Source: Ionaspis alba (Eukaryota). From it: a stretch of 39,818 nt of DNA. The translations under genes were made by a program, and so were the position numbers. This document shows, piece by piece, positions 9,275-22,664 of the stretch. The notes beneath the pieces are model-generated. The model was not told where the DNA came from. It searched no databases and saw only the letters and a list, made by a program, of their open reading frames with translations. How positions within the stretch are numbered: position 1 is the first letter of the stretch; every line of letters starts with the position of its first letter. Where the stretch lies: assembly GCA_964255285.1 (NCBI GenBank), contig CAXUUL010000065.1, forward strand, positions 1 to 39,818, read 5' to 3'.

Positions 9275-12200
9275 ATGGGTCAAGGTGTCTCACTCACGGC
9301 GTTGTCAGCGGGATCCGCAGGCATCAACGTGAAAGAGTTCGAGGATCTTTCCTATGAGAAGTCGCTGGGGACTGCCCGGTTCATGAAATGTATCAGGGCA
9401 AGACATCGACATGGGCTCGTGGTAGTCAAAGTTGCTATGCGTCCATACCCAGACTTCAAGTTTGGGAAATACATGAAAGCTATACGGCGTGAGTAGGTTG
9501 CTTTCAAACCCTTGTAAGTGGAGTTGACGGACTAATGATAGTGCTTAGGGGAGCGTGATTTGCTTGCTGATGTACCAAATGCACTTGGTTACCAGCGTGT
9601 ACTTGAGACAGACTCGAATGGGTATCTCGTGCGCCAGTACCTCCACAGCTCGCTCTACGATCGTATGAGGTAGTCGAGCGTGGCAACGATAACACGTAGA
9701 TGTATGCTGATCTTTTCCAGCACTCGCCCATTTCTTGAAGACATCGAAAAGAAATGGCTCGCGTTCCAGCTGCTTTGCGCACTGAGGGATTCTCATTCCC
9801 GGAATGTCTACCACGGGGACATCAAGACGGAGAACATACTGGTGACTTCATGGAACTGGCTATATCTGACAGACTTCTCCTCATCCTTTAAGAAGACCTA
9901 TTTACCAGAAGATAACCCTGCAGACTTCTCCTATTTCTTCGACACTTCGGGAAGGAGAACATGCTATCTGGCGCCCGAGCGCTTCTTGAGCGCAGGCGAG
10001 GAGGGAGACACAAGAGGAGTGACGTGGGCCATGGATGTTTTCAGCGTGGGCTGTGTCATTGCAGAACTATTTCTTGAATCCCCAATCTTTTCTCTCAGCC
10101 AACTTTTCAAGTACCGGAAAGGAGAATATGACCCAGAGATTGGCCCACTCAGCAAAATCGAGGATAGAGATATCCGGGAACTAGTTGTTCACATGATTCA
10201 GGTGGAACCAGAGTCAAGATACTCAGCTGAAGAATATTTGAATTTCTGGCGGCGGAAAGCTTTCCCTGAATACTTCTACAGTTTCCTTCACCAGTACATG
10301 GGTCTCATCACGGATCCCTCCTCTGGTCGTGCCCCAGTCCTGCCGGATACGAACAACTTCGGTGAGGCTGACGAAAGGATCGACCGTGTCTACTACGATT
10401 TTGACAAGATTTCCTACTTCTTAGGATACGGAGCGGACAAGGGCTATTCAGGAGTTATCAACCCTGACGACGATCCCACGGGTGAGGTTCTGCCAGTGGA
10501 GATTGATATACCCAACAATAGACACACGGCGACCAGCGCAGGCAGAAAACCCGTCGACGACGGGACCCTCATATTTCTCACTTTGGTTGTTTCTTCGCTT
10601 CGTAACACTGCCCGGTCGACAGCAAGATTACGTGCTTGTGACTTACTGCTAGCCTTCGGCGAACGTATTACAGATGAATCGAAGCTTGATCGCGTTCTGC
10701 CCTTTGTGGCTGCTCTGCTGAACGACAAGGCGGATATCGTCAAGATCGCGGCCCTTCGCACAATCACACAACTGGTAGATATGACCAAGGTGGACTGCAA
10801 ACCTCGTCACTAACTGGTCCCAGCTTTCTCTGATCACCGTGGTCTCCCCCGTCAACGCCTACGTCTTCACCGAATACGTCCGGCCTCGATTACAGAATAT
10901 GATTGAGGGATCAAGCTCAAAGATCAAGCCCACCGTTCGAGCAACGTACGCTTCGTGTCTTGCTTCGCTTGCTCATACATCTCTAAGAATACTTGATCGA
11001 GTTCAAGCACTCAGAGCGGATGGATCAATCCCCAACGTTGATCCGGAGGCTGAAGACGGAGTTGCAACAACCGCAGTCTACCAGAATCTATATGATGTGG
11101 CACGCCGTGATTTGCTAGAGCATTTTGAGTCACACACAAAGGCTCTCCTCACTGACAGTGATGCTACGGTTCGACGAGCATTCCTAGGGTCGGTATCAAG
11201 TCTCTGCGTCTTTTTCGGGTCACCAAAGGCAAATGATGTTGTCCTTAGTCATTTGAACACCTACCTGAACGACAAAGATTGGATGTTGAAATGTGCCTTT
11301 TTCCAGACCATTGTGGGAGTTGCGACTTTTGTTGGTAGCACAAGTCTGGAGGACTTCATCTTGCCTCTCATGGTCCAAGCCCTGACCGATCCTGAAGAAT
11401 TCGTCGTCGAAAGGGTCCTTTCATCGTTCGCAAGCATGGCCGAACTCGGTCTCTTCCAGCGTTCAAAGACGTGGGAAATGGTTGATGTTGTTGCACGATT
11501 CATGGTACATCCCAACTTATGGATCAGAGAGGCTGCTGCCCACTACATCTCCGCTGCTACAAAATACCTTTCTCAAGCTGATACACGCTGTATAATACTG
11601 CCTCTGATACGTCCGTATCTCAAAGTCGAAATCGTTGAGTTCTCGGAAACGATTATACTTGATGCCTTGAAGAAGCCCCTTCCAAGACCTGTTCTGGAGA
11701 TGGCTTCGTCTTGGGCCACTAAGGTCGAGCGAGGTATCTTCTGGAAGTCTGCCCAACAACAACGAACTTTCTCTTTCGCTAGTCCCGATCAGGCCGTCCC
11801 GACCATCTCTTCGAGAGACCTCACTACGAATGCGCTACGCAAGCTTCCGAAGAACGAAGAAGACGAACAATGGCTTACTCGACTACGTAATCTCGGGATG
11901 GAGGCGGACGATGAGCTTAAACTCTTGGCCCTGCGGGATTATATTGGTCGAATGTCATCAAGATGTCCAAAAGATACAGCCAACATTGAGTCTTCGCGAC
12001 TGAACGGTATTGTAAAACTCAAGGAATTGGAAGTCACACCACAAACAATCTTCTTTGAGACGCATAAGAAGCAGAAGAGTGTGCAGCGCCGAGCGTCGTA
12101 CAGCGATATCCCGTCCAGTAGTGGTCGCAGAACGCCTCGTACAATTACAGATGCATTGATGGATGCCTCGTCAAACATCGATGACTCCCAGAGCAATCGC

Positions 12201-14234
12201 AAAAAGTCATACGTCAACAGCCGGAAAGAAAGACAGAACGGAGAACCTGCATCATTACCTGTTCCCACTGGATTTCGAGAAGCACGACGTAGCTCTTCAA
12301 ACACTCCATCTTCCCTCGGCTCTTCACCAGGGACCCGTGTAACATCGCGGGATTTTGCAGTCCCTCATACTGCCCCGTCGGTTCGAGCTTCCTCTCGTGT
12401 TGCTACTCAAGTCGAATCCGTCGATGACACCAGGAGCGATGGCACTTTGACGCCTAACGGATCGATTAGAAGAGGTATTAGTCGAGATCTGAATGGAGTC
12501 AAGCACAAGTCCAGCGCAATCAACCTACTCAATCGAAGAGAGACCCCAAAGACTGTGGCGGAGACGAGTACAGACGCTACAAATGCAACAGGTGAAATGG
12601 ATGGCATGTTCAACGCCGATGAAACTACACCTGCGAATGGACAGATCGACAGGAAGCCTAGTCCCTTGGCTGCAGTTCGAGCTGGTCACACCTACGATGG
12701 CAGTGATCCAAGCGTCATGAAATTGCTCGATAACCTGGCATCTGAGAATTACCCAACTGATCTCATTGATTTTGGCCCCGCCGTCGCACCAATCAGCAGC
12801 AAACCTCTTAGAAAACCAGACAGTTCGGAAGCTAACATCCCCTGGCGACCTCAAGGAGTTCATGTCGCTACTTTCAGCGAGCATGCTGGGCCCATCAATC
12901 GGGTTTTAGCATCACCAGATCATCTCTTCTTCATTACAGCTTCTGATGATGGTACCGTCAAAGTCTGGGACACTTTGAGGCTCGAGCGCAATCTAATCCA
13001 TCGTTCTCGGCAAACGCACAGGCAGAACGAAGAGGCAAAAGTACTCACTATTGCCTTCGTCGAGAACACTCATACTTTTATAAGTTGTGCCACAGACGGT
13101 AGTATTCATGTTGTCAAAGTCGACTGCACCCTAGTAGGCGATACCACAAAATATGGAAAGCTGCGACTGGTTCGAGAACATCAGCTACCTGCCGACGAGT
13201 ACGCCATCTGGTGTGACCACTTCAAAGCCGACGCCAAATCTATCCTCATTCTGGCGACCAATACCTCCCGCATCATAGCTCTCGACCTCCGCACCATGAA
13301 TACTCTCTACTCCTTCTCTAATCCTCTCCATCATGGTACACCAACAACCTTCTGTATAGACAAGAAGCAAAATTGGCTCCTCCTTGGCACATCCCACGGC
13401 GTGCTGGACCTCTGGGACCTACGCTTCCACCTGCACCTGAAATCCTGGGGTATTTCAGGCGCCACCCCCATTCACCGGCTGCAAATTCACCCCAACAAAG
13501 GCCACGGTCGCTGGGTTTGCGTGACAGGCGGCACCAGCTATAGCGAAATGACGGTCTGGGACCTCGAAAGGACGCAATGTCGAGAAGTCTACCGCGCGAG
13601 CACATCTCTCACCACCGCCGCCACCAACCCCAGCACCACGCGCGAGGCGCTCAAAGCCTACGATCCCACCAAAGTCGATGACGAAGCACCAGAAACAATG
13701 CTCACCCGCTTCGCTACCGCTCTCCCCTCCGCTGACTCCAATAATCCAGACCCTGGCATCCGCGCTATGGTTATCGGTACCGATGGCCCCGACGACGGCC
13801 GAGAGTCCAAGTACACATTCGCACTCACCGGTGGCCCAGATCGCAAGCTTCGTTTCTGGGACCTCTTACGTGTCGAGACCTCTGTCGTCCTCAGTGGGCT
13901 CGACATCGACGAGCCGCAGCCCAAATACAGCACTTCGCACCCTACCACTTCGCTCACTCTCAGCATGGAAAAACCGCATCAGTCCCCGACAACGACGGCT
14001 GGTGGTGGTCCGCCTAGTGCGGCGAATGCGGGGACGGGAGAGGGCAAGGCGAAGAGCAATAGTGGGGCGAAGAGGACGAGTGTGAGGCAGCCGAGGTCGG
14101 CAGTCATCAGTAAGGTGCAGCAGCATCTTTTGAGGGGACATTTGGACGAGGTTATGGATGTTGCGGTGCTGGAGAGGCCGGTTGGCATGACGGTTAGTGT
14201 TGATCGGAGGGGTTGCGTTTATGTTTTTCAGTGA
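9275..14234 (+). CDS. VPS15: Vps15 (PI3K class III regulatory subunit): kinase-like domain, HEAT repeats and WD40 repeats
   Basis: Exons 9275-9488, 9549-9669, 9721-10774, 10824-14234. N-terminal MGQ myristoylation site. Motifs: SLGTARFMK, STRPFLEDIEKKWLAFQLL, YHGDIKTENILVTSWNWLYLTDFSSSFK..LPEDNPADFSYFFDTSGRRTCYLAPERF, and the HEAT-region NDVVLSHLNTYLNDKDW. C-terminal WD40 propeller. Confidence 0.97.
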
Positions 14235-14608
14235 GGCTGAAGCGCGTGGATGAGTATAAGGTGCAGGCGGAAGGCAAGGGGAACTGGGTAGTAAGAAATG
14301 GGTTTGGGATTCTGAAAGAGTGGAGTCTTTGTGCTTTGGTGCGAGATTCTAGCACTATGGAGCACCGCCTCTTCGTAAAACATCTCTGTATTCAACGAAA
14401 TTTTGAATCTTCAACCAGTCACATCGTTTGCTCGAGTAAGAATGTTCTATGCTAAGTGGAACAATACTATTTAGCCAATACGATCGGGGATAAGAGAGCA
14501 ATAACTATTTGGCATACATGCGAAGTATACTACGAAATTTCTCAACCACTTCAATACTATTTACCATCTCCGCTCCTGCCCTCTGCATCACCACCTCTGC
14601 TAACGGTT

Positions 14609-17423
14609 TCACCACTGCGCATCCACAACATCACTGATCCTCCTCAACAACCTCTCACCGCCTAGAACCCCAGCAAATCGTTCACACCTTTCTTCAATCC
14701 CCATCCTAACGAATCTGCTCAATCCCCACTCACCTCTCCTCCTATCACTATCAAGCATCTCCACGTCCCCTCCTCCACCAGTCACGCCATCAGGCGCTTT
14801 CAACATTCCAAGCACAGCCTGCGCAGCAAACGCATTCATCCCCGCTCTCCTCAACCATACCTCCCATAGCGTTTCTTCTTGCAGCAGCGTGATCTCTCTT
14901 CCATCCTCCCATCCCGAATATCGCACCATGAGACTCACAATCCACGCAGCCAGCTCATCTTCATTCCCAGGTACGAAGATCGTCTCGATGGTGCTGATGT
15001 GTGTGAGAGAGGCGCAGAAGCCGTCGAGAGAAGTGAGAGCTTGGGTGTCGCGGGCTGACAGAGGGACTAAGTAAGTGGAGGGAGTGCCTTGGCTGATAAG
15101 AAGGATGAGATGCTCGTAGCGGGGTGCGGTGGCTAGGATGCGGGACTGCAGGGCGGAGAGAGGTGGGTGTGCGCCGGGGAGGGGGAGCTGCTTTGTGCGT
15201 TGTAGGGTTGTGTTTATGAGAGCGGTGGATGGGGAGAGGAGGAGGTCTGCTTCATTCGCCAGATCGGAGTGAAGACGAGAGGGCTGAGGCGTGTGAAGAA
15301 GTGCATTTACTGGGAAGGAAGAGCGCGGCATGGGCGTCACGTTGTGGAGACTAAAGTCCCGCTCAATGAAGTCGGCGTAGGGGTAGAGAGTGCGCAGCTT
15401 GCGAGTCAGTGATCGGTTGACGAGAAGCGTAGAGGAGATGATGAATGAACGGGGTGTATTGGGAACAATCACTTCGGGGAGGAGTATTGGACGAGGTGGT
15501 CCACGATCTGAGGTTTCTTCTGGTGGTACCGCTGACTCTGGGCTTGCAGCGACTTGCTTCGGAAGTTCCGCTTTTTTCCCTCGGAAGTACGAGCTCGTTT
15601 CAAGCTTCGGTCGTTTCCCTTCACCTGTCTTGATGTCCATAAAATTCTCAATTGAGCCAAAGGCTGAGAAGGTGCCCCCGAGTAGATCACCAGCTTGAGT
15701 TCTCATGGATGCGTCGCTTTCTCTAGCTTCAGCTTCTCCGCTCTCCTTAGGCGGTGTCTCTTCGAGTTCGTCCTTTGACTCTATCAAATCCAGCTTTCGT
15801 TTTCTCATCAGCAAGCGGAAGTCACCTGTATTCGAGAATTGGGCTTCTTCGATCTCTTCGTAGTCTGATTCGGATTCATCGAGAACACGTAGTCCATCTC
15901 GTTTCCAGATCAAAGTGTTGTAGTCTGGACACTCTGGCTGAGCTACAAAGTCGGCGAAAGCTTCATCCCCTCCGAGGTTTTCTTCAATGGCGACCTTGGC
16001 AAGATCTTTCGTGAAGGGAGTCCACCGCAATTCGCGTTCTACCTTTCGTGATAGAGGCCAAGATGACCCTTCCATATGTTCTAGCTTGATGTTCTGAAGA
16101 AATCTTGCTAGCTCCTCCTCTTTGCTCTTACTCTTAGCTGCGTCTGTGGAGAATTCCCATGGTGCAGTCGGCAGGGTAAAGTCCATTACTGGTACCTTGA
16201 CTCTCATCATAGCACCTGTGTCTTGAAGCTGCTCTTGCTCGACGCGTCTATCAGCCTGCTCGGCGATAGGTTTGATTGTCTCAGTGACGAAGCGGTCGAT
16301 CTCGTCCGATGAAAGATCTTCTGACTTGCGGACGGAAGACGGCGGGTCGGATATAAGTTCATGTAGGGCTTCCTTGAACGAGACCTTCTTCTGCTTCCAG
16401 GGTGGAAGCTCTTCAGCCATGAGAGGTGTCAAAGGACCGTCCACTTTGAGGTCTGCTGATCGCACTCTTTCGAAAGTTGGAGATAGAGGACGTTCTTTCA
16501 AACCCTTAAGCGGAATATAGATGTCGCCGATCGTATCGGAGTTGAGGAGGGTTGTATCTGACTTAGTATCGCGCTCTGGATCATGTTGCTTGGCTTTTAT
16601 GGCATCTCTCGCCATGAGCTGCCTGTCAATCTCACGAAGCTCATCACCTGATGGACTTGTTCGATCGGACAAGAGCTCGAGATGGCCTGTTTCTGATGAC
16701 GGAATGTAAGGTGTAAGCTCTGGCGACATTGGCAGAAGTGGCGGGGTTACCGGATCTCGGGCAAGGCTCTAGTGACGTTGTCAGTGATTTGCTTGTGGAG
16801 CATTGGAAGACACGAACCCGTTTGTACGGCTTTAGCTCGTCATCAAAGCGGGGAGGCTTCCCATCGGGTCCGAGATGATTCAGCGCTTCCTGCAGAAAGA
16901 TTATCGTGTCCTTCGAGATAACGAGCTTCTCGGAAGCACACCTCGCATCCATCTCTTGTGGGAGTTTGTGGTAGCTCGAGGGCCATTCAAGGCTCTCATC
17001 CTGCTCATCCTCAACCTTCTCAAATGGTAAGTGCTCATGTGCAAGATCTGGCACCAAGCGATGAGGATACTCCAACATGTCGAGCTCGTGATCCGTACGC
17101 AAGAGCGGAAGCTCCATCTTCAGATCCTGTATACGATGAGTCTTTGGCGGCAAAAATTGGTCATCGAGCTCCAGGCTTTGCGGTTTTGAGACCGAAGATA
17201 GAAGAGCAAGAGCATCTTTGCCAATTGTCAATTTCTCATGTGGAGGTTCTGTCTGACCCGCAGTGATCTCGAATAGGTCCGAGTCTTCTGCTTCGATCAG
17301 TTCGGGTTCTGCCAGACCTGTTTCGAGGCTGCAATACTCGAGAGGATTTATGCTTCGATGGTCGATTGTCAAGCCATGAAACCGCGCATATTCTAGTAAA
17401 GAAGGCTCATCTTCTTCTGTCAT
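14609..17423 (-). CDS. Large acidic protein with a C-terminal XPF/ERCC4-like fold; candidate meiotic ZMM protein Zip2/SHOC1
   Basis: Exons 17423-16818 and 16768-14609; the intron is GTTCGT..CTGAC..TAG. It starts MTEEDEPSLLEYARFHGL. The C-terminal IERDF...EADLLLSPSTALI..TLQ...RYEHLILLIS...ETLWEVWLRRAGMNAFAAQAVL pattern fits an inactive XPF-like domain followed by an HhH-like region. The gene model is solid; the identity is inferred. Confidence 0.6.
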
Positions 17424-19659
17424 CAGATATGGTGCCAAAGATAATAGAGGTTCGGGACTATTTTCGGTGTGATGGGATCAACTGCTGACATGAAGGACGG
17501 ATTGCATAAAAATACTCTATCTCTTGAAGAAAGCGTCCTTATCATATTACTCGACAAACTGATATGCTTCTGCAGGAACGAGAACCATAATCTGAAGATG
17601 GAGAATCATAAAGAGCAATGTGAAAACAGATGTGTGCAGACATGATGACGAAATCTCGCTTGCGAAATAGGCTCCAGTCGCTATCATTCTCTATACTACC
17701 AAAGGCAATCCCTAGCCCTGGTCCAATCTTGATGCCACATGAGATTGAGCCGCTCTCTACTTAGACTTGGTGGAATCCCCTTTCTTCTCTTTGTCTGCTT
17801 TGTGCGTGGGTATGCCCAGTAGTATTTGTTCAAAACGCTCTAGCTGATGAACGTATTTGTAAAGTGGCGTGTGGCAATACGGCAATGACAATACATTGCG
17901 TTCCGTCAAGGCTCGAAGGGCTGGGACCCTGGATCGCATCTTGATCAGTAGAGAAAGCGGCATTGGGTAGTGCGTACTCAGCGGTCCGGGTATCATCACG
18001 ACTAGGCATAATAGCAAAGATATCTTTTTAGGAGAACGGCGACCGTCAGCCAGATGGGTAAAATCGTATCTGCGACGAGGTCTCAGCGTCGCGAACTCGA
18101 GGGGATGCTTCAGAGCTACTATGGAGCAGCGACCATGATTCGCATGGGGGGGCATCCTTTTGCCTCCTGTGCTGGTCCCTTCGTAGTGTGCTCTTCACTC
18201 TGCCCCCTTGTGTCATCTGCAGCCCGTACCGTCAAACATGTATTTGTCTTTCATCATTGCACATATTGTTTCCTCTGTGACACAATCTTACGTGAAAGCA
18301 AATATGAAATACCGTGGGAACGTCCACACAGAGCAAGCATGACTCTCGATCCACTTTGCGGTTCATATTCACTGCTACCTTCGTCAATCCACACTGAAGT
18401 TCCGAGTCAGAAGTAGCTTATAGACATAACGTGATATTGAAGAGTAACATATTAGATGTCTTTGATTTGCACACTTCTTTAAAAGCTGCACTCTTGTAAG
18501 TGGTCCAACGTCTGTTGTTTGATAAAGGACTTGTCCTGTGAACCTCTGGCTGCACTCCACGCGCTGAAATGACGCTTAGACTGTGCAGTCTGCTTCACGA
18601 GAGAATCGTAAAATTAGATAGGCTGGACTGTGACACGTGATGTGTTCGTAGATCTGCCAGGAATAGTGTTGTGAGCCCATGACAACGAATATAGAGACTA
18701 AGTTCATCCGTCATCTTCAGGAAATCTCGATATGGGCACAAGTATGCTCCAAGCCTGCTTTGAGTGCACTTTATCTCGAAAGGGTGGAAGTCGGACAAGG
18801 AAACCGATCCTAGATTACCCAAAGAACTAAGCTTTATATATTCACAGTACAGACATTTAGACTGTCGGGGACCCCCGGCCCGATCGACGATCTCTACCAA
18901 AAGGCCCGCTACAGGCAAAAATCTGGCACCTAGGATTTGGTAACTAGCGCCGACTGCACGAATGCTATATTTGTCTAGTGCTCGAATTTAGCCCTCCAGT
19001 AGTCACCAACAACTGGGACGGATGTGCCCTTGCTTCAATCGCGCTTACAAATAATGGATATATATTATAATAAGTGACGGGCTCTATGTCGGGAAATTCC
19101 CGACCAGATGAAGTGATCGCTCATCTGTAAATTATCTAAATGCTGAACGGTAGAAGCATCTATTACTGAACTTAATTACGAATTAAGTTAAGCAAACCCA
19201 TCTAACCGGGTTTCGTAGCCATCACAATGTGATGGTGAGCTTTTGCCATTTTCTCGGAGCAGAGTTCGATTCTTGGAAGCACCAGCGATTTCCTTTTTGC
19301 CATGTGAGACGGTGGGGAACCTGTGTCATTGTGACACAACAATGTCGCTTGTGTTGGCTCGATGGATTGGTGCAGGCGAGGTCGGGAATGTGCATGAAAA
19401 GCCGCAGGTGAGATACTAATCGATATTGTGTAGCAGTCAATGTATTGGTGAAGTGGAAACGCAACGCCAGCTCGTGAGATAATATATCTATTTATCAAGC
19501 AGTCTTAACGGTTCCAGCTACCTACAAAACCTACTTATACTCCATAGACTCCTGTGCTAATATTCACGCACGCTAAGTCGCACAATCAACCAATTTCGAG
19601 GTCAAGCTTCATGACCAGGTTCCCTTTCGGGCTTTCTACCAGCCAATGGAGATGCCCCA

Positions 19660-20955
19660 TTAGTCGTTGTAGTTCGAAATTCCAGATCCGTCCTTGTTGA
19701 CCAGAGGCAGCCCATACTTGGCATTGAGCTCCTGCTCCTGGGACTTCCCATTGAGATCATAGACAGGGCGCTCAGCATGGCAAGCTACGCGGACGGCATG
19801 GCGACGGTGGGGAGCGAAGCCGTAGGAGGCGGAGTGGTTCTGCAACGGTTAGTATATATTACGATAGCTTGTGGAGTCGACAACATACGCAAACACGATT
19901 ATCCCAGAACGCAACATCATTCTTCCCCCACTGATACCTGACATGAAACTCCTGGGTGGTAGCAATAACCTCATTCAAATAGCAAATGATCGCATCACTC
20001 TCCGTCTTCGGCACTCCCACAATAGCCTGCACGAACCCAGGATTGAAGAACAACGACTTCCATCCCGTCACTGGGTTGACGCGGATAATAGGGTGTTCGG
20101 TAACCACGGGCTCTCGACGGACGGGACGATTCAAGGCACGGGAACCGCTGGCTTGAAGCTCGGCGGAGTGGAGAGCTGTTAGGCTCTCGAGATATTTTTG
20201 CATCGGCGCGGACATGGCGTCGTAGGCGGCGTATTGGGAAGCCCAGAGGGTGTCGCCTCCGCCGCCACGGGGTGGGCCCGAGAGGAGTTTGAGGGAGGTG
20301 TAGGAGGGGGGTTGGATCTCGTAGGTGACCTTGAGGAAGCATTAGTAGGACATGGGAGGAATTTTGGGGAAGCATGACTTACGTCCGAGTGCCAGAGGAA
20401 TGTTGGCGTGAAGTATGCCCTCTGGTCTTTGGAGTTCTCGTCTGTGTAGACAACGTGAACGTCGTGGAGGTCTCCTCGCTTCGGTACAGCTGTGGTGGCA
20501 TGCTTGTGCAGCGTCCCGAAGTATTGCCCAAGTTTACGCTGAGCATCGATATCGAAATTGGTCTGGTTGCGGAAGAAGACAACTCCGCGAATGGCAATCA
20601 GACGCGCGAGATCATTCTTCTGGGCATCAGTGAGGTTCGCCAAGTCAATGCCTTCAACCTCAGTGCCTATCTTCGGATTATAGTCGAAGACGTCCGTAGC
20701 GGCATCGAGGAGATTGCGGAACTTGGGATGACCTAGTGTGCCTTTGTCATGATAGGGGACTTCGGTAAGGGGATCCCAATGTACATTGGGGAACGACGGC
20801 TTCATGTCATCGTGCTCATAGTCTTCATGTTCTTGGATCTCGGTACGGCCGGGCTCGTAGAATGGGGCGATGGCTTTGACATGGATGTCTTTCCAGAGTG
20901 TCTTGACATGAGTCTGGCCTGGCTCGTAGGTGGTTTGAATAAATGATGGTGCCAT
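19660..20955 (-). CDS. TauD/TfdA-family Fe(II)/2-oxoglutarate dioxygenase (JLP1-like sulfonate dioxygenase)
   Basis: Exons 20955-20383, 20329-19889, 19839-19660. Motifs: PKIGTEVEGIDL, RGVVFFRNQ, the H-x-D triad WHSDVTYE, GGGDTLWASQYAAYD, EHPIIRVNPVTGWKSLFFNPGF, VAFWDNR..NHSA, RRHAVRV. Confidence 0.93.
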
Positions 20956-21767
20956 TGTTGGAGTAGACGATTGATGTTGAATTCAACGTCTCTGAAATTG
21001 AAGATAAGGGAAGGTGGGATGTAAAGGGCAAGAAGTGGTAGGGAAAATATTGCAAGCAGATATATGGGATTGCCCAGATTACTCAGCTGCAACGTGACCA
21101 CAAAGAAATTCCTCTCGAATTGAGTAGGAAGTGAAGGGTGAGACAATGACTAAATACATTCTAGCGACGATTGCGCGATCATGAACAATGAGCACATCAC
21201 ATCATCTGATCGTGTAAGCTAGAGGACATTGAATCATCCCGACTATTCCGACCATGGGCATAGAACACGCTGGCGCTACGTTGGCAGCAAAACCCGTGGA
21301 CGTGGAGCAGCAAGTGCTTCGGACAAAGCCAATTCTGCTTACACTCACTAGACATTGCTGGTCGTGCATCTTGAGCTGGTTCATCTGATACGTCCTGTAG
21401 ACCAGATTGTTCTGACAGATAACAGGCCCCGGAGCCTTTCAATGTGCTGCACGAGGCCCAATGTCGCCTGCAAAAGCTTCATCGTTGCATACCTAGTGAA
21501 AGGAGTTGACGTTAGAATCAAGGGGTCGTGGAGCCGCTAGGGGCCGGCTCCGTTCCTAGCCATTTCGCAAAAGTACAGATCGCTACATTTCATTCGTTGA
21601 AAGATTTCCGGCCATACCGTACTCTGGTTAGCATTCTTTCCTGAGCCACGGGCCAGTACTTGGACCTCTATTGCCCTGATCACGCAAGAGCTTGCCATAG
21701 TCCCCTACATCCCCACATACTGCTGCTCGAGGTTGCGACCCTCAACTATTTGAGCGCATCTGTTGCC

Positions 21768-22664
21768 ATGTTCGTCGATCTGCCGGAGGGCAAGCTCTAC
21801 TGGGTTGTAGACAAGGCACAATCGACACATGAACGGCGTGGTTCCCGCTCGACTCTGCTGTTCCTGCATGCGGGCGTTGCCGACCATACTCAGTGGGACG
21901 ACCAAGCATCCTACTTCACAGCGAGAGGATGGGACGTTCTTAGATATGACCGCCTTGGTTTTGGCAGATCTATACCAAGTAAGACGTACCTCGAGCAAGA
22001 TCCTCTTCCCCGAGTCAGGCATTACGAGCATGCTGCGCGTGTCGTCGCTGCATATCATGCTTCAATCTCGGATGATACCGGGGGAAGCACACCAAACAAA
22101 GTAGCGATCGTCGGGTTAAGTGTCGGTGGGTCTTGCGCAATCGACTTTACCATTGAAAATGCGAATCTCGTTACCGGTCTGGCTGTCGTGGCAGGCGGAA
22201 TCTGGGGTTTTGACGCGCCGCCGGATCCTGGGGAAGAACAACTTGGGTTGGAAGAAGACATGCTCAAGAAAGCGAAAGACGTGGAAGGATTGGCACAACT
22301 CAATGCGAGGTATTGGGGTGATGGACCTCTACAGGAAGAAGGTCGAGCAAGTGCAGCAGTCAGAAACAAGCTCTATGACTGGTGCAAGGACGCTCTTGCA
22401 CGGCAGCTAGCTGGCACTGGTGGTTTTGCCATCAGAGACGAGGTGATGGATCCGCCGGCAAGCGCACGCCTGTCTGAGATTCGAGTTCCTGTTGCGGTTG
22501 GCATCGGAAAATTCGACGAATCCAGCACAAATGCTGCCATGAAACATCTCGGCGACCATGTCCGAAGTGCAACGGTTCGAGAATTTGATGCTGCTCACAT
22601 GGTGAATCTTGAATGTCCTGAGGAGTTCAATCAGTGGCTCGAAGAGTGGTTGAACAAGCTATAA
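21768..22664 (+). CDS. Alpha/beta-fold hydrolase, intronless
   Basis: ATG at 21768 in GCCATG context. Motifs: LLFLHAGVAD, YDRLGFGRS, the nucleophile elbow GLSVGG, the acid region GKFDE, and the catalytic His in AAHMVNLECPEEF. Ends NKL* at 22664. Confidence 0.9.
   Translation: MFVDLPEGKLYWVVDKAQSTHERRGSRSTLLFLHAGVADHTQWDDQASYFTARGWDVLRYDRLGFGRSIPSKTYLEQDPLPRVRHYEHAARVVAAYHASISDDTGGSTPNKVAIVGLSVGGSCAIDFTIENANLVTGLAVVAGGIWGFDAPPDPGEEQLGLEEDMLKKAKDVEGLAQLNARYWGDGPLQEEGRASAAVRNKLYDWCKDALARQLAGTGGFAIRDEVMDPPASARLSEIRVPVAVGIGKFDESSTNAAMKHLGDHVRSATVREFDAAHMVNLECPEEFNQWLEEWLNKL

Noticed and set aside
19169..19189. Perfect 9-bp inverted repeat AACTTAATT-acg-AATTAAGTT
   Set aside because: Short and AT-rich, plausible by chance, with no associated element or target-site duplication.
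17757..19498. Several 60-130 aa ORFs in the long intergenic region
   Set aside because: No recognisable domains, coding-like composition or consistent splice structure.
1293..20955. egt1 and TauD as a sulfur-metabolism gene cluster
   Set aside because: They are about 15 kb apart with unrelated housekeeping genes between them, and there is no egt2-like C-S lyase in the window.
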